From NCBI GenBank assembly GCA_963805855.1, contig CAWDVW010000006.1:137693-201692 (forward strand): DNA of 64,000 bases, given 5' to 3'. The DNA is from Candidatus Dadabacteria bacterium. Its GTDB lineage: Bacteria > Desulfobacterota_D > UBA1144 > Nemesobacterales > CSP1-2. Within the stretch, counting starts at the first letter, position 1; every line of letters starts with the position of its first letter. This document shows, in pieces, positions 42,436 to 52,307 of the stretch. A program made the translations under genes and the position numbers. The notes under the pieces were generated by a model. The model did not search any database. It was not told where the DNA came from and saw nothing but the letters and a program-made list of their open reading frames with translations.

Positions 42436-42726
42436 GCAATAAAAGAAGCCGGTGTTAAATGCACCTTCCACAGTTTAAGACATACATTCGCAAGCAACCT
42501 GGTTACACGCTTGAAAGAGGATATGGTAACGGTAATGGAGTTAACCGGACATAAAGATATTAGGATGCTAAAACGATATAGCCATACAAAAAAAGAGCTA
42601 AAAAAAGAGGCTATGTCAACATTGGGGAATCATCTAAAATCCCTCGATTTGGATACATCCATAGACACCTCCTCGGACACCTCTACAGGTGACAAGATTT
42701 TCACCAAATTATCTGTTATATCTTAA
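42436..42726 (+). pseudogene. C-terminal fragment of a tyrosine recombinase (phage-type integrase), 5'-truncated
   Basis: In-frame HSLRHTFASNL (box II) ... LTGHKDIRMLKRYSH (catalytic Tyr region); no N-terminal domains; directly adjacent to tRNA genes. Confidence 0.75.
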
Positions 42727-42749
42727 CTTCCTGTTATCAATTGGAAATA

Positions 42750-42830
42750 TGGTGGCGTCCCCGAGGGGATTTGAACCCCTGTTACCGCCTTGAAAGGGCG
42801 ATGTCCTAGGCCAGGCTAGACGACGGGGAC
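42750..42830 (-). tRNA. tRNA-Glu (anticodon UUC)
   Basis: Cloverleaf with anticodon loop CUUUCAA, encoded CCA, acceptor GTCCCCG/CGGGGAC. Confidence 0.85.
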
Positions 42831-42835
42831 GGGAG

Positions 42836-42910
42836 TGAGCCGTGCAGGATTCGAACCTGCGACCCACTGCTTAAAAGGCAGTTGCTCTACCTAGCTGAGC
42901 TAACGGCTCA
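42836..42910 (-). tRNA. tRNA-Lys (anticodon UUU)
   Basis: Anticodon loop CUUUUAA, T-loop GGTTCGAATCC, 5 nt from tRNA-Glu. Confidence 0.85.
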
Positions 42911-43026
42911 CAGGTAAATGTCAAAATATATCACTTTTGAACCCTTTGTCAAAAAGTTGCGTTTTCTCTTTTCTCGTTATAATTGTACGGTGTTAATGTT
43001 CATTCAATTGAATTTGAAGAAATAAT

Positions 43027-44185
43027 ATGGTCCTGGATTTAGATCGGAATCAGTTTAAGAACTTTTCATTGATTATCACATCCAGTTTTCTGTTTTTCTG
43101 TAATTTTTCTTCCTTTTTTCTTTTGCCTCTATTTATAAAAAGCCTGGGAGGGAATGAAAGAAACATAGGCTTTGTGATGGGTTCATTTGGAATCACGTCC
43201 ATAGGGTCTATCCCTATCGTTTCCTACTTATTAGACAAATATGGAAGGCGTAAATTCCTTGTGCTCGGGAGTTTAGTTATGAGTTTGTCTTCATTTGGCT
43301 TCATTTTCATAAAAGATCTAAGCCCTCTTCTATATGTATTCAGATTATTTCAGGGGATTGGTTTTGCTTTCTTTTTCACTTCTGCGGCTACCGCCGCGGT
43401 AGATGTAATACCTGAATCGAGAAGGGGCCAGGGTCTCGGAATATTTGGGGCATTTCTTATTTTAACCTATGCCATAGGTCCGAGTATTGGTGAATTGGTC
43501 ATTGATAAATTTGGATTTAGTCTGTTTTTTATAATCACATCATCATTCAGCCTAGCTGCTACCTTCTCTGTTTTTTTTATAAGGGATGTTGCATTTAAAC
43601 GATCGACAGACACAAATGCACTCCGTTTTTTTTACCTCGCATTCTCCAAGAGATACTTTGTATTACTACTTACCAATATAATCGCAGCAAGCGGCTTTGG
43701 CTCTGTACTATACTTCATATCGGTATACCTAAAATCCAAGGGGTTGAATGTCTCTTATTTCTTCGTTACCTATACCATTACCGTTGCAGCTTTGAGGATT
43801 TTAGGCGGTAGAATCTCTGACGTCTTTGGAAGGAAGGGTGTAGCATCTCCGAGCCTGTTTCTATTTTCACTGGCGATAGCATCGGTTGCCTTAATAAATT
43901 CGGTATATATGATTGTTCTGGTCTCAGTATTATTCAGTGTCGGATATGGAATGTTATATCCAACGCTCAGCGCCCTTGTCATTGATAAGTCATGGGCCGG
44001 ACGAAAGGGGAAAGGCAATGGGCGCTTATAATGCGAGCTTCAGCATGGGTGTTAATTTTCCAACGTTTGCCTTTGGTATAATTGCTAAAAATTGGGGTTT
44101 TGTTGATATGTACCTTATATCGGCATTCATTGTTTTCGTAGGGTTTTTAATATTCACCTTTTTTGAAGCCAAGCGGTACTCTTGA
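43027..44185 (+). CDS. MFS transporter with a frameshift near 43990-44030 (two ORFs 43027-44031 and 43913-44185)
   Basis: About 12 TM helices across both frames; could be a real pseudogene or a sequencing/assembly indel. Confidence 0.7.
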
Positions 44186-44219
44186 AAAATAATTTGTTTT
44201 ATTTACTCTTGCGGGTGCA

Positions 44220-44987
44220 ATGAAGATAAAAACTGGCGATTGCGTGCTTCTATTATCCTCGGATAACAAAACCTTCCTGGTTGATATAAGGGATGGGAAG
44301 GTTTTCAGCACCCATTTGGGGACCCTTAAACTTGGTGATGCGATTGGTAAGGGTTATGGAGAGGTTATACAAACACAATTGGGTAAACGGTTTTTCCTGC
44401 TCGATCCGACCCTGGAAGACAGGATGATGAAGGCAAGGAGGCTTACTCAGATAATCTATCCCAAGGATGCCGCTTTAATACTTCTGAAGACCGGGATTCT
44501 TTCGGGATACCGGGTTATTGAGTGTGGTGTAGGCTCGGGTGTGCTAACCATGGCTTTGTCTAATGCTGTCTCTCCGGATGGGAGAATATATTCATACGAT
44601 AGGAGAGAAGATTTTTTGGATAATGCAAAAAGAAATGTCACAGAGGCAGGATTTGGGGAATTGGTCGAATTTAAATTGAGGGATGTTAACGACGGCTTTG
44701 ATGAAACTGATGTTGACGTTGTTATACTGGATTTACCGTCTCCATGGGAGGGCGTTCCCTCTGCTGCTAGGTCGATCAGGGGTGGTGGAAGGATAGCTAG
44801 TTTATCACCCACGTTCAACCAGGTTGAAAAGACGGTTGAAAGCCTGACCAACGAAGGGTTTATCAACCTAGAGAGTCTTGAGATTCTGATACGCAAATTC
44901 CTGGTTCGTTCTGGGAAGACCAGACCTTTTGAAAGGATGGTAAGCCATACGGGGTTTTTAACATTTGGGAGGAAAGCTATTGTGTAG
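44220..44987 (+). CDS. trmI: tRNA (adenine-N1)-methyltransferase TrmI/Gcd14 family
   Basis: N-terminal beta-barrel region plus SAM motif VIECGVGSGVLT; 255 aa. Confidence 0.8.
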   Translation: MKIKTGDCVLLLSSDNKTFLVDIRDGKVFSTHLGTLKLGDAIGKGYGEVIQTQLGKRFFLLDPTLEDRMMKARRLTQIIYPKDAALILLKTGILSGYRVIECGVGSGVLTMALSNAVSPDGRIYSYDRREDFLDNAKRNVTEAGFGELVEFKLRDVNDGFDETDVDVVILDLPSPWEGVPSAARSIRGGGRIASLSPTFNQVEKTVESLTNEGFINLESLEILIRKFLVRSGKTRPFERMVSHTGFLTFGRKAIV

Positions 44988-45372
44988 CAAATACCGGCTT
45001 ATTTAATATTTAACTTTTGGGCACTACTGTAAATCTTAGATAATTCGTGGATAAGATTCTTACAATTTGATGAGACTTTCTGAGAATCAAAAGGGCTTGA
45101 ACGGCATTCCAAGTCCTGACGAAAACCAGGATCTATTCAGTATCAAGACAAAGAAGTTGGAAAGAAAAGTAAGATGATTGACGAAAATACTTTTAAAGAT
45201 TCTTCCTTGAAATATCTGGCTTTTAGAACTACGACATATCTTAGGTCTAATATGGAGCTATCCCTACAAAATTTTTTGATTAGATACCGCAGTAATAAAG
45301 GGTATAAAAATTTTTTAATCAAGTTATAATGTACATTCTGATTTTCAAATCTTTCGAAATTGTGAGGTAATA

Positions 45373-46575
45373 TTGATGAGTTTTACCGATCAGATTAATA
45401 AACTTCTGGAATTCAGGGACGAGAAATATCCCATTACGTCACTTTATCTGAAATTGGGCCCAGCAGAGAGAGAGAATTTCAAGTATAGAATAATCCTTAA
45501 AAACCTGATTAAAGAGCAGAGGGATACTCTTACTAAGTCAGGTTTAAATAAGGAATCGATTGAATCTGTCGACTCGGATTTTAAAAAGATCTTGAATCAT
45601 ATCGAGATTAGTTCAAATATCACAGCCTGCGGAGGGGTGGCGATCTTTTCTTGCGCTGGCGCCGAGTTCTTCGATGTATTCAAACTCCCCTTAGTCTACA
45701 GAAGTCGACTGGTGGTTGGCAGGTCTCCACTTACGCGACAGCTGTTCAGGATAAACGATGAGTTCGGCGATATCGCTATTGTTCTGGTCGATCGAAAGAA
45801 GGCAAGGCTATTCAGGATTAGTTCGAACAGGGCTGAAGAGATACGTGGCTACCTTTATCCCGAATCCGCGAGAACAACGAAGTTCCAGTCCCAGGAAGGT
45901 ACTTTTAGGCAAAGGGTATCAACTTCTGCTGGTGGAGAAGGGGTAGCGCAGGGTTACGGTGAATACAGTTTTCAGAGGATGATTGAGAATGAATTGCATC
46001 AACATTTTAAAAACGTATCTGAGAAACTATTTGAATATTATAAAGATAACAAATTCGAATGGTTGATTATAGGAGGAGCAGAGCAGATTAGAGCCGATTT
46101 TTCAAATCATCTTCATACCTATCTCAGAGAGAGGGAGCTCGGAACAATTACAGTGGATGTTGAGTCTGTTAAACCCGATATCCTCGTTGAAGAGTCTCTG
46201 GATCTCCTGGAAACAATGAGATCAGAAAAACAAAAGAGATTGATTGAAGAATTCGAAGAAAAGCTTGGCTCAAGGCTTGCTTTTAACGGGTTGGAACCTA
46301 CTTTGAGGGCACTGATGAGGGGACAGGCCAGAATATTATTGGTTTCAGATGGTTTTAACAGAGAAGGGTATAAATGTCCGGATTCTGGTTTTCTAATATT
46401 GGAGGAAAGGGAAGGTCTTTGTCCTGAAGGCGTAAAGCCATTACGTGTTATTGACATCGTTGATGAGGCGATCGAGGAGGCCCTGGGACAAAAGGCCGAA
46501 GTTGAAATAGTAGTTGATCAGGAACTTAAGAAGAAGATTCAGGGACTAGGTGCGATTCTACGATATACGAGTTGA
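45373..46575 (+). CDS. Bacterial eRF1/Pelota-like (baeRF) superfamily protein with GGQ-loop variant GGE
   Basis: SAGGEGVAQGYGEYSFQRMIENELHQHFKNVSEKL parallels eRF1 [27 protein letters not shown]; three-domain length of 400 aa. Confidence 0.5.
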   Translation: MMSFTDQINKLLEFRDEKYPITSLYLKLGPAERENFKYRIILKNLIKEQRDTLTKSGLNKESIESVDSDFKKILNHIEISSNITACGGVAIFSCAGAEFFDVFKLPLVYRSRLVVGRSPLTRQLFRINDEFGDIAIVLVDRKKARLFRISSNRAEEIRGYLYPESARTTKFQSQEGTFRQRVSTSAGGEGVAQGYGEYSFQRMIENELHQHFKNVSEKLFEYYKDNKFEWLIIGGAEQIRADFSNHLHTYLRERELGTITVDVESVKPDILVEESLDLLETMRSEKQKRLIEEFEEKLGSRLAFNGLEPTLRALMRGQARILLVSDGFNREGYKCPDSGFLILEEREGLCPEGVKPLRVIDIVDEAIEEALGQKAEVEIVVDQELKKKIQGLGAILRYTS

Positions 46576-46650
46576 TATGTAATTTAAATATAATTAAGTA
46601 GTTAAAATTAGATTTGGAAATAAGTTAAAGTAAAACATGAAGCCGTGACC

Positions 46651-46986
46651 TCAAATATTTCTCAGGTCTACCACCAAGCTTCTTCCATTATCGAAGAGTT
46701 CGTTGAACCTGCTTCTACTGGTGGTAACCATGACGATCCTTGGTCTAGCTCCGGGATGGGGTAAGTCTGCAAGGGCTGCATCCTCTGTAGCATATAATCT
46801 GTTTGCATAGTGCTTCTTTTCTGCTTGCGATGCGCGCCTACCCCGGGCAGATTGGAGGAATACCTCACGGGTCCCCTGTGTTTCCGTCTCACTTTCAGAA
46901 TCACATGAAATCCCTACAAGGCTGATAGCGGCAAAAGAACCGCTTAGCAGTATAAAATCGCGTCTTGTTAATCTAGTCTGTGACAT
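46651..46986 (-). CDS. Small Tat-signal lipoprotein
   Basis: TRRDFIL twin-arginine motif plus LVGISC lipobox. Confidence 0.5.
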   Translation of the reverse strand: MSQTRLTRRDFILLSGSFAAISLVGISCDSESETETQGTREVFLQSARGRRASQAEKKHYANRLYATEDAALADLPHPGARPRIVMVTTSRSRFNELFDNGRSLVVDLRNI

Positions 46987-47504
46987 TTAGCGTTATTTTC
47001 TTTTTTGGGCAGGGGGAAGTGCCGTTTTCCCCGCCAGTTCGGTCATGCAGCTTACCACATCACCGGCCCAGACTTTGCGACAGGACCTAACCAACGGTGC
47101 TGGCAACACGTTTTACCCTCCGCAAAACGTCTTCCAGGCCTACTAGGCGCTCCGCCCTTGCTTTCTGTTTTCCTTTTCATCGTACTCTCCTACTCACAGG
47201 TGCTTTGCCACCCACTCAGCCAGTTTCTTCCTACCAGCCGCACTCCCGTCCTTTCTGCACTTTTCTTTATATCAAAAAGAAATAGTTATGTCAAGGATTT
47301 TTTTTGTTTTTTTCAATAGAAAATGGATTCTAACTATATGTTCACTAAAGTCAGGTGAGATATGATTTATTTGAAAACCGGCTGTAAAATTTAATTGTTA
47401 GGTATTTGTCGATCTTGGGATACTGGTGAAACTCCCTGAAAGAAGCTTCAGGGTATCATAATAGAGACTGATGGTTGCAGATGTCTGCGAGGAGCCCTGA
47501 ACTT

Positions 47505-47667
47505 AGGCGAAGTATTCGGCATGAGAACTTTTTCCTGTCATCTCGAATACTTCGCTGAACTCAGCATAAACTCCTGTGAGAGATCTGGTAGTTAACTCAG
47601 TCAAAACAAAGAGAAAGGAAAGATTTCTCTCTTCGTTCGAAATGACAGATGGTATTCGAAATGACAA
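47505..47667 (+). repeat. MITE-like repeat family 2, copy a
   Basis: TIRs TGTCATCTCGAATAC / GTATTCGAAATGACA; internal 12-bp perfect hairpin GCGAAGTATTCG...CGAATACTTCGC; related to 49375-49506. Confidence 0.8.
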
Positions 47668-47830
47668 GACTAGTTGCAATGAAGCGGAAGGGAAATGGGA
47701 TCGCTTGACGGATCCTGCACTGGGGAAATCGAAGGTGTGTAGCAATGACGGACGAGCAGAAACCCTGTATGTAGCGAGCTACGGGGAATTCGATAGTCAA
47801 AGATTTGGTTTAAGCAAAGATTAAGCATAA

Positions 47831-48664
47831 ATGTCTATACAGATGAGATTCATAAAGTGGGTCAAAAGTAGTAGCAAAGTCCGATATTCCGTCGCCATAT
47901 TTTTACTCCTGATATTGGGGTTCCTATTTTTTATAGCTGATCTGAGTGGCGATGATGTATACAGAGTAAAGAGTGTAATCGATGGAGACACCATAGTGCT
48001 TGAAGATATTTCAAGCACCAACGTGAGATATTTGGGTATAGACTCGCCCGAAGTGCAGTCTTTGGATGGCCCTGGGGATCCGCTTTCAGACGAAGCCAGA
48101 AAACTTAATAAAAATTTGGTTGATGGGAAAAGAATCCGGCTGGAATTTGATAGTGAAAGATTCGATCCCTATGGGAGAACACTCGCATACGTTTTTGTTG
48201 ATGACATCTTTGTGAATGAACAATTATTGAGGAGCGGCCTTGCAAAAGCCTTACTCATCAAGCCAAATGAAAAGTATGCTGAAAGATTACTAAAAGCAGA
48301 AAAGGAGGCTAAAGATCTAAGAAGAGGAATTTGGGGGGATCTTTCAAGCTTAAAGTTTCCCCAGGGAAACAGTGATTTTGTTATAAAACCTGCCAGCGCT
48401 ACGAGACATATAGATCAGCGAGTGGTCGTCAGAGGTAAAATCACCAATTTTAGGAAGTCAGAGAAGGTGTTAGTTTTGAAGATGGAAGATGTGCTTGATA
48501 TCGTACTATTCCCTGATAGTTTGAGTAATTTCAGTTTTTTCAATATTATTCCTGAAGACTATTATTTAGGTAAGCCTGTCGAGGTGATAGGCAAAATAAG
48601 GATGTACAGGGGGAGGCCTAACATAATAATCAGTCACCCGATGTCGATAAGGGCTTTAATGTGA
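47831..48664 (+). CDS. Secreted thermonuclease (staphylococcal nuclease, SNase-like) with C-terminal extension
   Basis: GDTI...YLGIDSPE...DPYGRTLAYVF SNase motifs; N-terminal TM/signal. Confidence 0.8.
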   Translation: MSIQMRFIKWVKSSSKVRYSVAIFLLLILGFLFFIADLSGDDVYRVKSVIDGDTIVLEDISSTNVRYLGIDSPEVQSLDGPGDPLSDEARKLNKNLVDGKRIRLEFDSERFDPYGRTLAYVFVDDIFVNEQLLRSGLAKALLIKPNEKYAERLLKAEKEAKDLRRGIWGDLSSLKFPQGNSDFVIKPASATRHIDQRVVVRGKITNFRKSEKVLVLKMEDVLDIVLFPDSLSNFSFFNIIPEDYYLGKPVEVIGKIRMYRGRPNIIISHPMSIRALM

Positions 48665-49308
48665 ATGCCAGAGAGCTATTGATCTCAGGAGCGAATGAGT
48701 TAGATATCACTCTCTCCGCCGAGCAGACCCAACTCTTTCTTACTTATTTGCATATCCTTCAGGCCTGGAACGAAAAGATCAATCTTACATCAATTAAGGA
48801 TGAGAAGGAGATAGTGATAAGGCATTTCTTGGACTCATTAACAATTTTTCACCATATAGAAAAAGAATCGAGGGTCCTGGATATAGGATCGGGCGCCGGC
48901 TTCCCTTGTATCCCTCTTAAAATAGTAGATCCTTCAATTGAGATAACACTTCTCGATTCAACCCAGAAAAAGGTATATTTTATCAAAGAAGTAATCAGAA
49001 AGCTAAGGCTTGAGGGGATCGATGCGGTATGCGCCAGGGCTGAATCAGAGGAAAACGGGGTTCAGAGGAATTATTATGACTTTGTGATTTCCAGGGCCGT
49101 AGGGACCGTCGATAAACTTGTTGAAATAAGCAAACCCTATTTAGCTGATCACGGGAAAATTATTCTCATGCGCGGGAAAAGCGGATTGGAGGAATGGTCG
49201 AATTCAAGGGTTGTTTCAAAGAATTTCAGGTTACTAAAGTTTAGTGATTTAGTGCTTCCATATTCAAGACGAAGGAGGGTGATACTAGTGGTAGGTCGAT
49301 GGCCTTAA
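48661..49308 (+). CDS. rsmG: 16S rRNA (guanine527-N7)-methyltransferase
   Basis: LDIGSGAGFPCIPLKI SAM motif, 215 aa, GidB architecture. Confidence 0.9.
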   Translation: MNARELLISGANELDITLSAEQTQLFLTYLHILQAWNEKINLTSIKDEKEIVIRHFLDSLTIFHHIEKESRVLDIGSGAGFPCIPLKIVDPSIEITLLDSTQKKVYFIKEVIRKLRLEGIDAVCARAESEENGVQRNYYDFVISRAVGTVDKLVEISKPYLADHGKIILMRGKSGLEEWSNSRVVSKNFRLLKFSDLVLPYSRRRRVILVVGRWP

Positions 49309-49319
49309 CATACGTTTCA

Positions 49320-49506
49320 TTTTCTTTTTTTTCTTTGTCTTGATACTGAATAGATCCTGATTTTCGTCAGGACATCAGAACTTTTTCCTGTCATCTCGAA
49401 CGCATGTGAGAGATCTAGTAGTTAAGTCGGTAAAAGCAAAAGACAAAGGAAAGATTTCTCATGGAACGTGTACTGAGCTTAGCCGAAGTATTCGAAATGA
49501 CATGAC
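49320..49506 (+). repeat. MITE-like repeat family 2, copy b (with family-1-like TTTCTTTGTCTTGATAC head)
   Basis: Shares CCTGTCATCTCGAA...TGTGAGAGATCT-GTAGTTAA...AAAGGAAAGATTTCTC...GTATTCGAAATGACA with copy a. Confidence 0.8.
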
Positions 49507-49601
49507 GGACTGTTCGCTCAAGTAACGATATCCTTCTGCTTGCAGCGGGGTTATTCGTTAGATATGTTGAATGGGATAACCAATACTTTAATCATTCAAA
49601 G

Positions 49602-50579
49602 TTGAAGGGGTGTCTTATGGTTTTATTTTTGGGCGAAGCAGAAGTCGAGGAGCTTTTGAAAATGGAAGACGCTGTACATATAGTGGAAGAAACTTTCAGG
49701 CAACAGGGGAGAGGGAACATAATCAATCACCCCAGGAGGAGGATCAAGACACCAAAGAGTATGCTTCATTATCTTCCCGGTGCCGTTCCGCATATGAATG
49801 TAATGGGTTATAAGGCCTATACCTCATCAAAAGCTGGAATAAAGTTCAGGGTTTTTCTTCATGATATCGAAACCGGAGAACTTCTGTCAATTATGGATGG
49901 AAACTACATGGGTATGATCCGAACGGGTGCCGCAACTTCGGTTGCGACAAAGCATATGTCTAGACCGGATTCATCGCGGGTAGGCATTTATGGCGCCGGA
50001 TGGCAGGCGAGGGGGCAGGCGATGGGTGTTTGTTCTGTAAGAGAAATTAAGAGTATGTCGGTGTATAGTCGAGATCCCGATAGGAGAAAAGCGTTTTGTG
50101 ATGAGATGAGAAATCTTCTCGATATAGAAGTTACTCCCGCTGAAAATCCCGAAGATGTTCTAAATCAGGTCGATATAGTCATAACATCTACGACCTCAGT
50201 ACAACCGGTGTTTAGTGGGGAGTGGCTGGAAGCCGGCGTGCATATAAACGCGATTGGAGGTAATTTCCTGTTCAAACGAGAAATAGATGAGCGATGCGTG
50301 AGTAAGAGCGACGTAATTGTAGTTGAGTCGAAGGAGCAATCGAAGCTTGAAGCGGGTGAATTGATGCCATTGATAGAAAAGGGGAGGCTCTGGTGGGAAA
50401 AGATATATGAGCTTGGAGAGGTGGTTACCGGCAAGGTAAAGGGTAGGAACAACAGCGAAGAGATCACTCTTTTTAAGTCTCTTGGAATCGCAATCGAAGA
50501 TATTGCGGTTGCGGCCCATATTTATAAAGTGGCGAAGTTAAAGTCTATCGGGAAGAATTTGGATATTCCTTCCATTTAA
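49602..50579 (+). CDS. Ornithine cyclodeaminase/mu-crystallin family protein
   Basis: Rossmann GIYGAGWQARGQ and family-typical length of 325 aa. Confidence 0.85.
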   Translation: MKGCLMVLFLGEAEVEELLKMEDAVHIVEETFRQQGRGNIINHPRRRIKTPKSMLHYLPGAVPHMNVMGYKAYTSSKAGIKFRVFLHDIETGELLSIMDGNYMGMIRTGAATSVATKHMSRPDSSRVGIYGAGWQARGQAMGVCSVREIKSMSVYSRDPDRRKAFCDEMRNLLDIEVTPAENPEDVLNQVDIVITSTTSVQPVFSGEWLEAGVHINAIGGNFLFKREIDERCVSKSDVIVVESKEQSKLEAGELMPLIEKGRLWWEKIYELGEVVTGKVKGRNNSEEITLFKSLGIAIEDIAVAAHIYKVAKLKSIGKNLDIPSI

Positions 50580-50641
50580 GTAGACAGGCGCCTGTCAAAG
50601 CGATACTATAATAGTGCTTCACGAATTGAATAGGTTGGTAT

Positions 50642-51292
50642 ATGGGAAAAAAGGTTAGAATAGGCTGGGATGTCTCTCACCTGGAGTTTACAATTGATGA
50701 TCACTATTATTATTCCATTTTAAAGTCTAAAATCATTGAATCAGGTGCATCGGTTACTACATTAAAATCATTGGAATATCTTAATGGGTTCGATGTCTTA
50801 GTGCTCAACTATCCTGAGAAATCATTCGCCAAAAGAGAAGTCACGGAAGTTATGAATTTTATTGAAAAAGGAAATAGAGTGGTAGTGTGTGGGTACTACA
50901 ATAATGAGGATGGGATTGCAGACTGTATCAATTCTATCTCCACTCACTTTGGTCTAACTTTGAAAAAGGACTGTGTCAGGGATAAATTGAATAACTACAA
51001 AGGGGATGAGTTGCTCTTGGTTACTTCCAGAGTTTTATCCCACGACTACAAGGTCAGGAAGATATTACTTCCCTGCTGTTCATCGATCAAGATAAGAGGA
51101 AGATCAAATAGTGTGGTTGCAATGAGTCAAGGGTCGAAATCTCTTCCAAGAACGGAGGAAGTTGTTGCCGCTCAGTCTAAGTTCGGCAGGGGTGAATTTA
51201 TTCTTATAGGAACCTGCGTTTTCTGGGATAATTATTCTATCTCTAGATACAGTAACCTCAGGTTTTCGATTAATCTTCTTCTTGGTAGCTAA
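50642..51292 (+). CDS. Hypothetical protein (possible GATase1/ThuA-like fold)
   Basis: ORF only; weak resemblance. Confidence 0.35.
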   Translation: MGKKVRIGWDVSHLEFTIDDHYYYSILKSKIIESGASVTTLKSLEYLNGFDVLVLNYPEKSFAKREVTEVMNFIEKGNRVVVCGYYNNEDGIADCINSISTHFGLTLKKDCVRDKLNNYKGDELLLVTSRVLSHDYKVRKILLPCCSSIKIRGRSNSVVAMSQGSKSLPRTEEVVAAQSKFGRGEFILIGTCVFWDNYSISRYSNLRFSINLLLGS

Positions 51293-51452
51293 GTTATCTT
51301 TTTTGGGTGTAGAATAATTACTCAGAATGATTATCAATATGGCTTATTGACTCGATTTATCGTTGCGTAAAGGCAGGTAGACATACACATCGATATTGAC
51401 CCTAACCAATGCGGGTGTTAATTTAAAGCAAAGAGTTTTCTGAGAGGCTTGA

Positions 51453-52307
51453 ATGAAGACGATAGGTGTAATAGGTGGGAGTGGGCTTTATAAATTAGAC
51501 GGATTGAGGGAGATAGAATCTATAAGGATCGAGACTCCTTGGGGATATCCCTCGGACGATTTGGTGGTTGGGAAATTGGGTGATATCAAGATGGTTTTCC
51601 TACCCAGACATGGACGGGGTCATCATATAATTCCGTCTGAAATCAACTATCGCGCCAACATTTATGCACTCAAGAAGCTTGGAGTCGATTTTATAATTTC
51701 AGTGAGTGCGGTAGGGAGTATGAAAGAAGAGATTGCTCCTGGCCATATCGTTATCCCTAATCAATTTTATGACAACACCAGAAACAGGGTGTCAACCTTC
51801 TTTGGCAACGGTTTAGTCGCCCATGTTTCAATGGCTGATCCTGTGTGTCCCGTGCTATCAGAAAATCTATACAAGGCATCTACAAAATTGGGGGCTACAG
51901 TGCACAAAGGGGGGGTCTATATTTGTATAGAGGGTCCCCAGTTCTCCTCGAGGGCCGAGAGTTTTATATACAGGAAATGGGGAGTCGACGTCATTGGGAT
52001 GACTAATATGCCTGAGGCAAAACTTGCCCGCGAGGCCGAGATTTGTTATGCGACACTGGCCCTTTCCAGTGATTATGATTGCTGGCGGGATGGCCATGAC
52101 GACGTATCGGTTGAAGATATTCTTGAAATCCTTGAAAAAAACTCGGAACTCTCAAAAGAAGTTATTAAGGAAGTCGTGCAGATTATAGATGAAAATAGAA
52201 CTTGCATATGTTCTAGGGCACTCCAGAATGCTATCATAACTTCAAAAGAATCGATAAGCGAAGCAGTGAGAGAAAAACTTTATCCGTTGATTAGAGATCA
52301 TATCTAA
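51453..52307 (+). CDS. mtnP: S-methyl-5'-thioadenosine phosphorylase (PNP family 2)
   Basis: GVIGGSGLY, FLPRHGRGH, phosphate-binding and catalytic motifs of MTAP. Confidence 0.85.
   Translation: MKTIGVIGGSGLYKLDGLREIESIRIETPWGYPSDDLVVGKLGDIKMVFLPRHGRGHHIIPSEINYRANIYALKKLGVDFIISVSAVGSMKEEIAPGHIVIPNQFYDNTRNRVSTFFGNGLVAHVSMADPVCPVLSENLYKASTKLGATVHKGGVYICIEGPQFSSRAESFIYRKWGVDVIGMTNMPEAKLAREAEICYATLALSSDYDCWRDGHDDVSVEDILEILEKNSELSKEVIKEVVQIIDENRTCICSRALQNAIITSKESISEAVREKLYPLIRDHI

Noticed and set aside
47005-47319. 104-aa and 62-aa ORFs in a GC-rich stretch upstream of the Tat lipoprotein
   Set aside because: The composition is Pro/Ser/Leu-rich with no start context or motif. This is probably noncoding or a decayed fragment.
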